Assembly: GCA_024704765.1 (NCBI GenBank)
Contig: JAKMXF010000007.1
Coordinates: 1-64,000 of the forward strand
Direction: 5' to 3'
From: Oopsacas minuta
Lineage: Eukaryota > Animalia > Porifera
Length of the DNA: 64,000 nucleotides
The position numbers and the translations under genes are program-made. This document shows positions 36,830 through 50,300 of this stretch, in pieces; position 1 is the stretch's first letter, and each line of letters starts with the position of its first letter. The notes under the pieces are model-generated. The model searched no databases and was not told the origin of the DNA. It saw only the letters and a list, made by a program, of their open reading frames with translations.

Positions 36830-38502
36830 ACTAATCAAAACGGAACTAAAATACATACCAGCATATCTTAGTCAATCAAATCCCTGAGCAAGTGCTTAAT
36901 TTGGATAATTCCTCTATGAAATTCGCTCCAGCGAGACGACCTGTCCCACACTCAGAAGAGGTCCCATTTCGGCTTCGAACCTTCATCTAAATGATTCAAA
37001 TATTCCTCATGAAGTAGAAGTTAATTCGAGTGATAGCGATTTGGAAGATACTTCATCAATGGCCCCCCCCAACGTTTTGATCAACTCGAACTGAATGATC
37101 TGATCAGGGATCTCGAATCTCGAAAGAATCTTCTGAAGTGCTGGCATCCAGGTTGAATGACAAAAATTTACTTCATCCTGGAACCAAGATTACATATTAT
37201 CGTAACAGAGAAAAGTCATTACTACCATAATTTTCCAACGACTATAGTCTAGTTTGGTGCAATGATGTTGGAGGGCTTTTAGGAGAAATGGGTGTACCAG
37301 AATACAGGCCAAATGAATGGTGCCTTTTATCAACAGTTCTACTACGAGTTTGAAATTTGTTTTGCTCCATAATGGGAACAAATATGCTTTTATTCCAATT
37401 GATCACTCTACCAGCATGAAGGAGGAGTACGAGTCAATCAAACTGGTTTTGGAGAAACTGAAATATCATGTCCATCAATGGGTGATTTGTGTCGACTTAA
37501 AGATGGTTAATTTCCTCTTTGACCAGCAATGTGGTTACACAAAATACCAATGCTTCATTTGTCTTTGGGATAGCGGAGCAAGAAATAACCACTGGACGAG
37601 AAAGAGTGGCCCTTGAGAAAGAATATGGTAGTGGGAGAAGTGAACATCATTAACAAACCTCTGATTAAAAGCAGGGAAAAGATCATTCTTCCAGCACTGC
37701 ATATCAAACTGGGCCTCATGAAACAATCGTCAAGGCTTTGAATAAAGATGGTTCTTGCTTCCATTATCTATGCAGTTCATTCTCTGAACTTAGCACCGAA
37801 AAGCTCAAAGCTGGAATATTTGATGGTCCCAAGATCAGAAAGCTCATAAAAAACACATCTTATATTAATTCCATGAATGACACTGAATCTGGAGCTTGAT
37901 CTGCATTTGTTTTAGTTACACAAATTTTGGGGCAACTATAAAGCAGAGAATTACCCTGAATTAGTAGGCAACATGCTCTCGAAATTTAACAATCTTGGCT
38001 GTAAGATGAGCATCAAGGTTCATTACCTACATAACCATTTAGATCATTTCCTCTAAAACCTTGGTGACCTAAGTGAAAAACAAGGAGAAAGGTTCCATCA
38101 AGACATCAGGGTAATGGAAGAGAGGTATCAGGGAAGGTGGGATATTCACATGATGGGAGATTACTGATGGAGTCTTCAGCGAGATTGTCCAGGCAAATCT
38201 CACTCAAGGGTTTCCCGGAAAAGACGATTTTTAGACGTTGATTGATTGTGTCTACTGTTTATGGAATGTTCTGATAACAATATTGCTCTTATGAAGACGT
38301 TTATGTTTATGGCAAAAAATTCTTACCCTATTTATTCCTTTATGCATATATAATAGAATGTTAATTAGTTGAAGTCAATCGCGGATATATTTCAAAAAGA
38401 AGAGCTGGTAGATCAGAACTGGGGGAATTTTTCGAATCGACGCACAAAATATACCCAAAAATAGGTCTAACTTCCAAGGCACTAAATAAGTGTTGACCAG
38501 CG
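36830..38502 (+). mobile_element. Chapaev3 (CMC) transposon relic, 5'-truncated, with transposase pseudogene
   Basis: Motifs WVICVDLKMVNFL, CFICLWDS, ILPALHIKLGLMKQ, GIFDGPKIRKL, MSIKVHYLHNHLDHF and QGERFHQDI. The right end TGTTGACCAGCG|TTA resembles the CACTGG termini of the 50301-51507 copy. Confidence 0.75.
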
Positions 38503-38735
38503 TTATAGATGAATTTTAACATTATACGTTACAATCGCTAATTCCCGACGCTAGCACTCTAGTACAAACTCATGTAGGAATCGCGATAAATGAAATAAAC
38601 TGCGCAATTGCTCTTTTAACATGTATTGATGATGAAGAGTATATTGAATTTGTTATTTTCAAGAGTTCAAAGAAAATTCGGCTTAATTACCTTTTAGACC
38701 AACTGAAATAAGTAGTTGCCATTAAACATCACCAG

Positions 38736-40899
38736 TGTAACAGCTTAGATTAACCTCCAAACACAGTTTAACCTGGTATAGTCTGGGCTAGCCCAGATTA
38801 TACCCCGGAGTTAATGGTCAACAAATTATCATGTTATCTACTTGTAGAATACAAGCAATGCGTGTGGTGGCGACACTTTCAACTATTATAAATATATAAG
38901 AGCATATCTACTTGTTTGATCTACAAATTATATTTACTACATTGTTTTGATGGATGATCAATTCTACAATTAAATATTGCATTTTTTTATTTCCAACGAA
39001 AACAAATATCCAGGAGAGATCTATAAACTTCCAGCTGAAAAACGAGTCAATGCGAATTCACAATTCAAACAAACTGTTAAGCCATATACTTTGAAGGATG
39101 GGGTTCTGATGCATGCTGAAAAGCAAGTGTTACGAAAAAGTAGAATGGACGCAGTACTCAAAATGTGTCATGATAACCCTGTAACCGGTGGTCGTTTTAG
39201 TAGTAACAAAACCTACCAGAAGATCGCATCAAGATTCTACTGGAAAGGTAAATATTTACTAATACTTAATTTAACATTCAATCCGGGAGCAAACTTTCGC
39301 ACCCAATGGGTAGCGCAATGCCACTGTTGGCATATTAAAGCTTAAGTAAATTCCTTAATTAGGCGATGCTAACTTACCTACAATCAATTGTTAGACGGTT
39401 GTTAATACATTTGGGTTTATTTTTTCAATAGATGTTGTCAAATTTCCCAAGATTCGCAATTGTAACGAATTTCTTCTGCTTATCATCCTGAAACAAATGG
39501 ACAACGGGAAAGAGATAACCGCACCCTGAAATCTGCATTGATGAAATTGGTAAATGAAAGAGGTGATGATCAGGATATGTATATCCCAGGAATATTATTT
39601 GCTTATTACACAAGCATTCATGCTTCTACGAAATGTACTCCATTTCAAGCGATGTATTGTCGTAGTGCGAAGCTACCAATTGATTTGTCCATTAAACCTC
39701 CAAAATCAATTGAGCAGGCGAACCCAAAAGTTTTACAGGCGTTTGGCATGATACGTGAAGCTATCAACGCCAAAATTTATCTTAATATCACAAACGCACA
39801 GAAACACCAAAAACGCAACTTGATAACCGTCATTCTAATAGTAAAATATTATCACCTGGCGCAACTGTGTACATAAAAACAGCAAGCAAATACATCGGAT
39901 GGGATCGAAAATGGAACCACGCTGGATAGGTCCTTACAAAATCATTGAGTTGCTAGATAAAGGACGTGCAATCCTAGAGAATATTAATACAGGTAAGAAA
40001 CTAAAAAATATCTATAATATTGCAAATTTTAAGGTCTATGATTCAAATAACAAAGCTGAAGATGGTAAATCAAAGAAAAGAAAACAATTTCAATATCACA
40101 TTCTAAGATTAAGAAACTAGAGTGTACGGATGAGCTAGTTTTAATTGGAGTTAAACAAGGAGTTAAACCATTCAACCCAAACAGACTGTTTTCTCCAATT
40201 TCCGCTGAATCTAGAAAAAAGGTTGCCAAAGTTCTCAACTTGAACATATGCAAGATCCAATACTTTGGAAAACCTGGCTACCTATCTAAACCCGCGCGGA
40301 TATACAGAACTAAATGTGATGGTAATTGCTATTTCCGATCAATAAGCTACATCCTAACAGGTTCAGAAGATAGCCATATTATAATTCGTAATAAAGTCGT
40401 CCATCACATGAGTGGTAGTTTGAGTGAAACACTAAGAAGTATCTTTCTCAAACGGTTGCCAATTATGTCAGCGAAAGTGCCATTGACTCCAGTGGTGTTT
40501 AGGCAACCGAGGCAGAAATACTGACCACAGCTAATCTTATTCAACATGATATCGTTGTGTATGCAAAGAGTGGAGATTCTATGGAATGGCTTACATACCC
40601 TGGATCATTTAGATTGACAGAAACAACAGAAACTGCATTGTATCTGGAAAATTTAACTGAACACTTCAACGTAGTCATTAATATACAATGATACTAGAAA
40701 CATAGACAATGTTTTTCCTATCTGTTCATTAGACCATAGATTCATTATTGTATTAGCAGATGATTTAGAAGAACTATTAATCACTATAATCTCATTGGGA
40801 ATTATTTACACAGGGTATAAACTAGGCTAATTTATAGCCTGGGGGCTAATCTAGGCTCAGAAGGTATATTCTGGTGGGGGATTAATTTGAACTGCTACA
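38736..40899 (+). mobile_element. Ginger1-like DNA transposon (Gypsy-type integrase, GPY/F motif and OTU protease), internally deleted
   Basis: TGT...ACA ends with about 40-bp imperfect TIRs; flanks CCAG and CCGG. Integrase zinc-finger region CHDNPVTGG...KIASRFYWKG; SAYHPETNGQRERDNRTLK; TPFQAMY; RWIGPYKI; OTU DGNCYFRS...HFNVV. No RT and no LTRs. Confidence 0.8.
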
Positions 40900-41126
40900 C
40901 CGGGATTTCAGAGACATAATCCCGAGAGTTCGGGAATTCAGGTGGAGAAGATTCCCATGGACGGATGAATCTAGTTACTTACGTTATCAAAATACATAAA
41001 ATTAAGACCTCAATGCAGTGGCGGTCCTAGAGGTCACGACAAGATAGATTCGTTTAATGGTTAATTAATACTATAGAATTAACACTGAAATAATTTGTCT
41101 AAGGTAATGAAAATATATTTTGTAAT

Positions 41127-42011
41127 CTACGTTGATAATTCATACCGAAAAGTAGCAGTCATTAAGATTGCTTCATACATATAGAAAGCAGCAAAGGAAG
41201 TAAACACATGCATCCACATATGACTGCTTCCTATTAAATCAAAGTAGCCAGGCAATATTTTTTCTGGTATTTTTGAAGCATAGAATATTCCTCCAAGGAT
41301 AGCACAACTAATTGATTGTAGAACCAAATTTTTGGTATTATAATCCACCTGCACATGAGTATTAAGGTAAATACTGAAGAGGCAAGGAAGCCACAGTAAA
41401 AAGATTGAGAAAGAGTAGACTATCACTCGAAATCCTTTTGCATTGGCGTCAGTAAGGGAAGCTACAGTTTTGATTGAAATTGTGCCTACGACTAATTCGA
41501 AAGCAATAACAAGGTATGTGTCAGTGTTTGCAAATTTGAAATAACTAATGCTAATTGCTAGACAAGTTAACATAAACATGACTGCCATGAGGTCAAATTG
41601 GTTGAACAGTTTGCTCCATCTTGAATGAGTGCAGAATACATGAAACATTGAGGAAGTACCAAAGCACACAGTGATCCCAAACACACCCAGTGAAAGTAGA
41701 ATCCTGTCCTGTGTTGTGAGTACATCCCAGTCAAAATCATGTTTGATAAATGAAAGTGGATAGGATAAGAAGTTTGATATGATACACAGGACAGCTAGTA
41801 CTGCTGGTAGAAAATGAGTCCAGAAATTGGCAGTTTCACAGTGCAACAATTTCATGCTGTTAACACACGCGGCAAAGGAGCCAGTAGGTGGACGGTGATA
41901 TTTAAGGATGTATGGATTATCTTTCAAAATCAAGTTATCTGACGGGATGTTATTATAGCAGAGGAGATCCTTCATTTCTTGTTTTCTAAATTCGATTTCA
42001 ACTGTTGTCAT
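41127..42011 (-). CDS. PAQR (adiponectin/progestin receptor family) 7-TM protein, about 294 aa, intronless
   Basis: ETANFWTH, SSMFHVF, DLMAV, PEKILPGYFDLIGSSHMWMHV. First in-frame ATG at 42011; the track starts at a GTG at 42023. Confidence 0.9.
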   Translation of the reverse strand: MTTVEIEFRKQEMKDLLCYNNIPSDNLILKDNPYILKYHRPPTGSFAACVNSMKLLHCETANFWTHFLPAVLAVLCIISNFLSYPLSFIKHDFDWDVLTTQDRILLSLGVFGITVCFGTSSMFHVFCTHSRWSKLFNQFDLMAVMFMLTCLAISISYFKFANTDTYLVIAFELVVGTISIKTVASLTDANAKGFRVIVYSFSIFLLWLPCLFSIYLNTHVQVDYNTKNLVLQSISCAILGGIFYASKIPEKILPGYFDLIGSSHMWMHVFTSFAAFYMYEAILMTATFRYELST

Positions 42012-43859
42012 AAAAACTTTCACATATAGTATAATTTAAATTAAGTAGACTGATAATTGGTGATAGAAAATATGTGGATATGTTTCGACTACCAATTAAA
42101 TAATAGTTTCGACGTTCATTTTTAGGAAAAAGCCAGAATAAATTCCAAAATATGACTAATTTGACTGAATTGTAAAATGAGAACTGGTGGATTTCTGTTT
42201 GTACTCGTAGTTTGAATAAGTCGTAGCTTCAAAATCTGTTAAATCAAATTGAGATGAATTTTTGTATATCAAATAAGAGCTACAGTAATTAGGGAGTATA
42301 AATATTTTTATTTTGAATTTGCATAATGGCAAAGTCAATAGAACATATTTGACAGTATTATGCATTGACCCCAACTCCAGACAATTCATATGCTAATCAC
42401 CTCACTAAGTTCTCCTTAGTCGATATATTCATAAAGCGAAAAGGCTTATCTGAGCCACACAGAATGAGTATATCATTCGTAACAACAGGTCGTGGTCTCC
42501 TGGTTTTGGTAAGGGATCACAATTTAGTGTGAATACTATTTCTGGACTATTTTCATTAATTGTGAGAAGGCAGTAAGACTGATTCTGCCATAATACTAAT
42601 CTAGTTCTGAGTAAATACTTCATGATACAGTTGGCTTATTCCACTTAAGAATATCAATTTTGGTACGTAAAGTAACTAACTAACCAAAATCTATGGAAAT
42701 ATAATGTTCTTAATTATTTCGTTAATCATAAGGAACATTTATGCTATTCTATACATCGATGCTTCAATGTGTTAGTTAACTGTAAGTCCGTAAGGATGAG
42801 GATTAGAAGTGTTATGGATTACTATAGGACAATAGTCAGCAAATTGTTCCTGAGATATGCGGATTGAACATACTCAAGATAGGGGGTGCAAGTATAAAAA
42901 GTAGTGAACCAAAGTTATAGATAAGTAGTAATGTAACACAAAATCTAATAAAGCTATAAGTGATTGGAATATAATAATATCAGCATTACCACAAGGGTAG
43001 ATCGAAGAAAGTTTTACAACGTACAATTTGTGATATATAGAATTTGTGGTAAAGTTGAGAGTTATGGCCGATATTGGTTATCAAAATCAATTTATTTGTC
43101 CTGTGTGTGAATATACTCCTAATGTTATAATATTGGATGGCATCGCAATGGGTACTACGAGACCTATACCTAAATTCATCCACAAATAGATGAAACTCAG
43201 CCAATTGTGCCAATCTCAGAGAGGTCATTTTTATCTAAGACAGGATTAAGGGATAAGCTTCACAATCTATGTGAAATAGGTATACTTGAATCGACATTCA
43301 ATAAAGTAATAGATTAAATCCCGCAGATTAACTTGAACACAAAAATATATAGGAAAAAATAGTAGGGTCAGTGCCAGCTCAACTTATCCCAATCCCTGGA
43401 GTGCTATCAAGCATGTCTTCCATCCTGAACCTTTATCGGGCCTGTTCCAATTGCTAAATATCCAGGAGAAAAAGGTGATTGGTTCCCTGTCCCTAGGAGA
43501 ATCAGTATCTCCAAATGAATTACCCTCTTTATACCCAATATGCTTACATTAGATATATTGATGAATTCAGTTTTACTTATAACAATTAAAGTTTATTTCA
43601 AATTGCATCTAGTAGTTGCTCCACTTTTATTGGTAATCATGAACCAAATTGACCACTTCTATAAATTGCCTAGCAGAAGACTCGTAGAATAAAATGCTCC
43701 ACTTGATCCACCAACTTCTCTAAACACTACAAGTAAGCAATTTTGTATATGTACAGAAAAAGTTACATAAATTACGCTATACAATAGGATGTTCTAAACA
43801 ACAATTTAGTTTGCTACTTAGAAAATCCCTACAAGATAAACAACTAGGCCACTGCTCCA

Positions 43860-44300
43860 ATTCTGTATGATACCATCTTATGATAATGATACAAAGGAAA
43901 TACCTGATAATTGTTCCAAATCTTATCCCATACATTCTCATATTTCACCAGGATTAAAAATAATCGCTTGTAAACACCATATCTGTTATGGTTTTCAAAT
44001 AATGGAAACTTGATACGACGATTGTTATTTTTAACATGCTAATATCCTTCTTCAGCCTAAAGCCAGAAGTAAAAATATACGACAATGCTTGAAATTTGCA
44101 TAAGACCTGTATAATGAGGTAAGATTATTATATCATATCTAATGAGTAAAGTCAGTAAACACAGTTTTATATATACTAAGTATTGTACACCACGATTCTC
44201 ACTTTGTTTCTATTCTAGGGTCCACAATTGGTACTTACCAGTGGATCTCTGTGTCGCCCATGAAATTAGTCATCTAAGGGTGGGGACGATATATTAGATA
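43860..44300 (+). pseudogene. KDZ/CxC-type transposase relic; boundaries uncertain
   Basis: CSKSY...SPGLKIIACKHHICYGFQIM and PEVKIYDNA*NLHKTCIMR resemble the C-x-H...GF...M and YDNAC-x-LH motifs of KDZ-like transposases. Confidence 0.5.
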
Positions 44301-45037
44301 ACATCTTCCTGCACGTTTTTGTTAACTCTCTATATTGAGCAGACTTATACAAGGACCTTTTCTTTGTACAAGATAGCTTCCTTCAGATCGCTTGCTTCTT
44401 AGCAGAGACTTGTGCTTTGTAAGAAGCGTCACCTAATACGGACAAACTCCCTTTTCATGTAAATACTATGTATGCCCTTTCTCCAGTAATATCCTCGAAT
44501 TTTGTTAGGACCACAGCAAGCTTGTGCTTTGCATTGGCTTTAGTCATGCGGGGCATGAAAATTTGGTGTTACGTATAGTATCCAATTAGAAGAAATAAAT
44601 AGTTTAGACTAAATACCGAGTTCTCAAGAGTCGAGATAAGAATTAATTTTAAAGAACAAATGAACTCTATAAACATACAATCTACAAGTTATTTAAAAAT
44701 GATTGTATAATGTGAATTAAAATATGAAATTTGAAACTCTGTTTAGGATAAAAAGGCATATTTATATTGTTTTAGTGCTTGTAATGAGTGCCTACTTCAA
44801 AAAATTCCATAACAAATAGTTATCATAGTGAGGAATTTTACAGTCTAGAACATATTCCGATCCTTCTATTTAGCATATTATAATGATATAATTGATGCTA
44901 AACACAATTTCCCAAAATCTACATTGAACGGCCTGAACTTATGCATGTGATACATGCAGTACAGGGCCTTCGTGTATTTGAATGCTATAGCTTTGGTTCC
45001 GTTCTATATTTATAACATTTTAGCATATAATTAACAA

Positions 45038-47221
45038 CAGGGTGACCAGATCTCCCATGCCAAAAAGAAGGACATTTTTCAAAGTCAAACCATTTGTGTT
45101 CGATTATAATATTTTATTGTATGTTTATCAGAGATACAAATTAACTAACACTGAAATACATAATTTAGGTAATATAATCCAAATTTCGTGATACATGTTT
45201 GTGGTACTAAAAAATAAATTTAGTTTGTGTATTTGGCATTGGAACAGATTTTCTTCAATGCAACTTCGTTATTGGTTAATTTTTGATGATTTCCCTGCAA
45301 CTCATTTCAAAATTCACTATTACTTTAAGTAGTGCACCAACAGTGGAAATGTCTAGTTTGTTTCTGTCGTCGCTCCATTGTACCTTTGATAAACTGAACA
45401 CTCTTTCACACACCGCGTTAGATGCAGGGATAGCAAAAATAGAAGATACTAATTTTCTTATGCAGGGAAAATTTTCTTGTGTAATGATACCCCAACGCTG
45501 GTCCAGGCTTAAATCCGAGGTCATTGACAAACTTGGAAAGTTTCGTTGAAGACAGCATACTTCCTCAAACAAGTCATCAATCTGAGCAATTTCTGGGCAT
45601 AATAATTCAGCACATCCCTTCAATATTTTATAGTCGATTAAATCAACATCTTTCAATAATAACCAATCTAAATTCTGTGGTAAACTATCCAAATGTAGCC
45701 ATTTATCAAGGTAGTCGAATGAAATCTGATAGAATGTCATACATTCGGACTTGAATTTGTGTATTTGAATAACGTTGTCAATTTTAGCAAGTTCCATTTC
45801 AGTAATAGCTCCTAAAAATCCACCATTAAACCGATCCAATAAAGATTGCTATAATTTTCTTAATTCACGAATCATCTCGGGCAATGAGAGATTGTTTCTC
45901 TGGAGAATTAAACTTGTGGTATTGAACAATTTAAGGGCACTATGCATGAAGAAGAAGTAGCACTGACTAAGATTAGATTCAAAAAATGTTTCCAACATTC
46001 TAGGACATATCTCGTTCGAGAGAAAATAAGATTTCAACGCTTCCCACAGTTTTAGAATCCGTTCTATCAAGGGAAATAAAGTCAACCACCTAGTTTTGCC
46101 ATGATTGGGAAACTTTAAGTAGTGTAGTTCTAGAAAATCACGAAATTCGATAAACCTTTGGTGACGCTGAAGTACCCCACTCTTTTCTCCAGAAAAGAAG
46201 GAAGAAATCTTTGCAACAATCGATTCAATATCAACTGATAGAGCTCGTTCACCAGCGATCTGAGCTGATTTATGTACCAAATGTGATGGACAACCAACAG
46301 GAATTAATTTGGATTTAATCTGTTTCAACTTGGTAAAAACATTGTCACCTGCTGCTCTATTAATACCACCAAAATTCACTGGAGCATTATCAGCACAAAA
46401 CGCAATCATGTTTTCTGGGTTCAATCCATACTTAGTAATTACATCTAGAAGCATTTCTGCAACATGTTTTGATTTTCATCTTGTAAATGAACAAAATCTA
46501 GGAGCTTATTCTGCACGCCACTACTGTTGAAGTATCGAATAATTATAGGAAATGTCTTTAGCTCAGCGTGATTCGATGCATCAGTTGATAAAGAGAAGGC
46601 GATACCAGTTTGTAGCTCACTTAATACTTCCTCAATGCTCATCGGTGCTAGAACACCAGTAATTATTGCTTCGGTTTTAGTGCGAGCAGAATGGAAATTC
46701 TTTGCTATATCAGAATCAGAAAAACATACTGAAAGCAGGTTAGACGTACAGTCCATTGTTCTAAAAGAATGATGATGTTTTACTGTATGAAATGCAAATG
46801 TCCCCTCAGCAGCAGAAATTTTTAAACTAATAGGAGAATATCTCTCTTTGATGAATAATCCCAAAGATTGTGTTGAAGTTATCATTTGTTGGGACGAAGA
46901 GTGCTTGATCGTATCGATGTGTTTCTTGACTGAAGAAATTCCAACACTGGCTAAATTAATGTCTACATTGCAGATAGTGCAATAGGCGAAATTATTACCT
47001 TTATTACTTGATTGTATGAAAGAAAACTCTTGACTAAATTCAAAGCGGAATGAACATTTCCTCTTCGCCATATTTATAGGTTTAGCTAATATAACAAAGT
47101 AACAAGGACAAATAAGGACAATAAGGACAAAAGAAGGACAAAAGAAGGACAGAATGAAAAGAAGACAATTAGTCTAAAAAGGAGGACTGTCCTTCCAAAA
47201 GAAGGACATCTGGTCACCCTG
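45038..47221 (-). mobile_element. Full-length hAT transposon, 2184 bp
   Basis: Perfect TIR CAGGGTGACCAGAT; perfect 8-bp TSD ATTAACAA (45030-37 and 47222-29); AAGGACA subterminal repeats. Confidence 0.95.
45276..47071 (-). pseudogene. hAT transposase (BED finger, DDE, dimerisation domain) with one frameshift (about 46470) and one in-frame TAG (45851-45849)
   Basis: CTIC...HIDTIKH, STDASNH, ADNAPVNFG, GCPSHLVH, TRWLTL, IPASNAVCERVFS. Confidence 0.9.
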
Positions 47222-49378
47222 ATTAACAACCTTGTATGTACTAGAGTTTTACAATATAGGCCTCTAGATAATATAATTATTTAGGCGTTTGAAATCTTAG
47301 TATTAAGTATATTTCTACTTTGATTCTAGGCTGAAACAATGCAAGCTTAACAAAAGAGATTTCTTGATTTCAAGTTCTTTGCCATAATAAAATGATTTAT
47401 ATAAATTACGGCCATGGGGCTGTAGAAACGATGGTGATGAATATGGATATTTTGGTGGGTAGCGTCCGGTTCCTAATTATATTTGCCAGCCATAAAAATT
47501 TTGACTGACATTGTGGGATCCTTTAAAGATTTCAAAAATGCTTCTATATGCCAAGCATGCATTTCCAACCAAAAATTTGGTTGTCATTTTACCAAAATCT
47601 TCTTAGTTCTCCTATGTTTTAGTGTAGTGTTTAACCGAATACGTCCGTGAAAATGTCCCATTGTATGACGTCAAAGGGGTGCATTAAATCTCGATTTGGG
47701 TGTGGCAATAGGTTAAAACGAAGTGGCAAAATTCTTGTGTTCATTTTCGTTACGAATGTAACACATCGGCCACGGCCGTAATCGGTTAAAGTAGAGTAAT
47801 TTTGAAAATTGGTTTATTCTAAAAATGCTGGTTGAGCAAAAATTCGAATAAACATTCATTGAAATTCACCCATTTAACAATTTAGAGACCAAAATTAATA
47901 GCAATTTTTGGTTTTTAACGTAAAATCCTAGTTGGGTGCCAAAATTTGATGTATATTGGAAAAATCGGACTTTGGATGATTTCATTTTAAATTTGTTTAG
48001 AAAAACATTGCTGATAGTTTATAGCTAATTAATAACTTACTCTTTTGTTAGTACACTCTCTATTGTTGTAAATTCATAGATATAACATATAATACATAAT
48101 ATATGATTGTATGTGTAATCCCCTCCCCTTCAACAATGCACGATCTCCCTACAAAAACAAATTTTTATAGGGAATAACGTATACTTTTGTTGACGATATA
48201 GGAAAAGTAAACAATTACACTGGGTAATCGAGTATGCTGATTCCGATTTTCACACTTTAAAATTAATCATATGTAAATGTATTTGTTGTATTTATGAATA
48301 TAACCTACCGGGGCTAAGTTGTTCCATTCGGACTCCCTGTCACGAAATTTAATTGAGAATTGCAATTTTAAAACTAAGACTTTTCTAATTATACCACTAA
48401 CTAACTTTGGTTAGTCAATCCCGTAAACAACACCCAATTGTTTTAGTTTTAAGTTTATATCACTTGTAAAAGACTTGGGAAGTAATTAGAAGATGCACGT
48501 TGAATTTCAGAGTACAGACAACACTGACATGATACTACCCCTCTATGCTATTATGATTATTTGATTTAACGAAAATGACATTTACATTTATATACATGTA
48601 GTAATAATTTCATGACATTAATACAGATGCCATAGATCCTGGCTTTGTATCCCTTCTCCATCTTTTAGAATCTTTTTCTTATTGACCCTTGGTATAATAT
48701 TCAGTGTGAGAGGCAATATAATAGTATCTTGATGTGACATGAATATCTGTCTACAGTGTCTGCTCTAGAAAAAGAAAGGAATCAACTCCAAAAGGAGTTA
48801 CTCATCCTTAAGATGAAAGTGGTTGAGCTATGGGAGGAAGAAATACTACATTTGGAATTTTATGATACTACATACTTTAAGCATGCTCAATTACTACTTT
48901 AAGCATGCTCTAAGTGGTATTTATTATATGCATAATGCTAATTTGCTACTAACCATTTGATCTAGTTATCTTAATAAACAAACTTAGCTTTATTATGCCC
49001 TATTCCTAATTGCTAATTCTTAAGAACTTTTACTTCGTGAATTATAACCATAATTGCTCAATTAATAAATAAACTAGCAGGTCAATCGGCCGTCTTATGT
49101 TCTACAATAAATTGTCCTGGTTATAAATGAAATATTTCAATAGTACAGTGACTCTCTAAAATAGTGCAACAATAGATAATGAAATGACATCAATACGCAT
49201 CCACCAGAGAGATAAAACATCTTTACTAACGTGCCAAAAGATGTCCTTGTAACCTAAATATTCAAATCACTTATCATCAAAATTGTCAATACTTTGAAAG
49301 ATTAACTTCATCAAATTTGCAATAGAAACATTAATTTCCTTGACATAACCGTTGTAGACAGGGCAAACTATAAAATAG

Positions 49379-50174
49379 TTAGTTGGGAAATATTTCCAAA
49401 GTTAATGTTCCAAAAGCTAGTTTAGCTGAAGGACAGATTTTTGCATCAAAACAGAGTAAATGTTCTAAAAAGCTAATCAAATCTTTGCTACAAGAATTGA
49501 CTAGTTTAATTATGGATTTTTCTGCACTCATTTACAAGTTTTAGCGATTTCATATAAACGCTTATCTTGGATGTTATCAATCAATCAAATTCATTAATTT
49601 CCAAAATATTTATCATTTGAGTTAAAACTTTCGACGCATCAGTTGAAGAAGAGTGGAAACCCGGCCCACAAGGCCCGCGGAAGTTTTGGCTTGGCCCGCA
49701 CAGCCCGCGTGCAACTCTGCACCAGCAGAATGTATGTGCCGTAACCCCTGGAAAGTTTGAGAAATATAAGATTGATTTGACATCCGGTCAGAGGATTGGA
49801 TTTAATGAGTTCATATAGCGTTCGGTGACAAAGTTCAAGAACCATATAAATACTGATAGAATAATCAGGGATATTTTGCGAAAATGGAAACATTAATATA
49901 TCGAGAATATTCACAACATTTTTATGGTTGAAATGAGATAGAAGAGATAATTCTGTAAGAATGATAAAGCTCTATCAGCATATAACAACATCATTGTGCA
50001 ACACTTTATAGCAACTTTTCTATTTGTTTTAGAATCAAATGCTTGGCAGACAGACCTGAATGCTCATTTCCCAATATATTTAACAGCTGAATATGTACGT
50101 AACTGCCAGTTCTCCCATTGAACTTCAAAATCAACCCATTCTTGTAGAGACAAAGATTCATATTGACATGCCAT
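49379..50174 (-). pseudogene. MAP kinase (p38/JNK/ERK-like) pseudogene lacking its catalytic middle
   Basis: N-lobe YIGK*AFRSVCQAFDSKTNRKVAIK, ELSLLSHFNHKNVVNILD and IYMVLEL; C-lobe DLISFLEHLLCFDAKICPSAKLA. Stops and frameshifts present; no HRD, DFG or APE. Confidence 0.75.
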
Positions 50175-50300
50175 TAGATTAATTAAATCAAGTATTTAAT
50201 AAATCATTGAATTATAAATAATGATAACCAGTAAATACAGTTAGAACTTAGAGGACTATATATGGTATTAATTTGCAAAAATATTCGTTGAGATAAATAA

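Noticed and set aside
38977-40120. Gypsy LTR retrotransposon
   Set aside because: The integrase is Gypsy-like, but the element is bounded by inverted repeats and has no gag, RT, RNase H or LTRs; it fits Ginger1.
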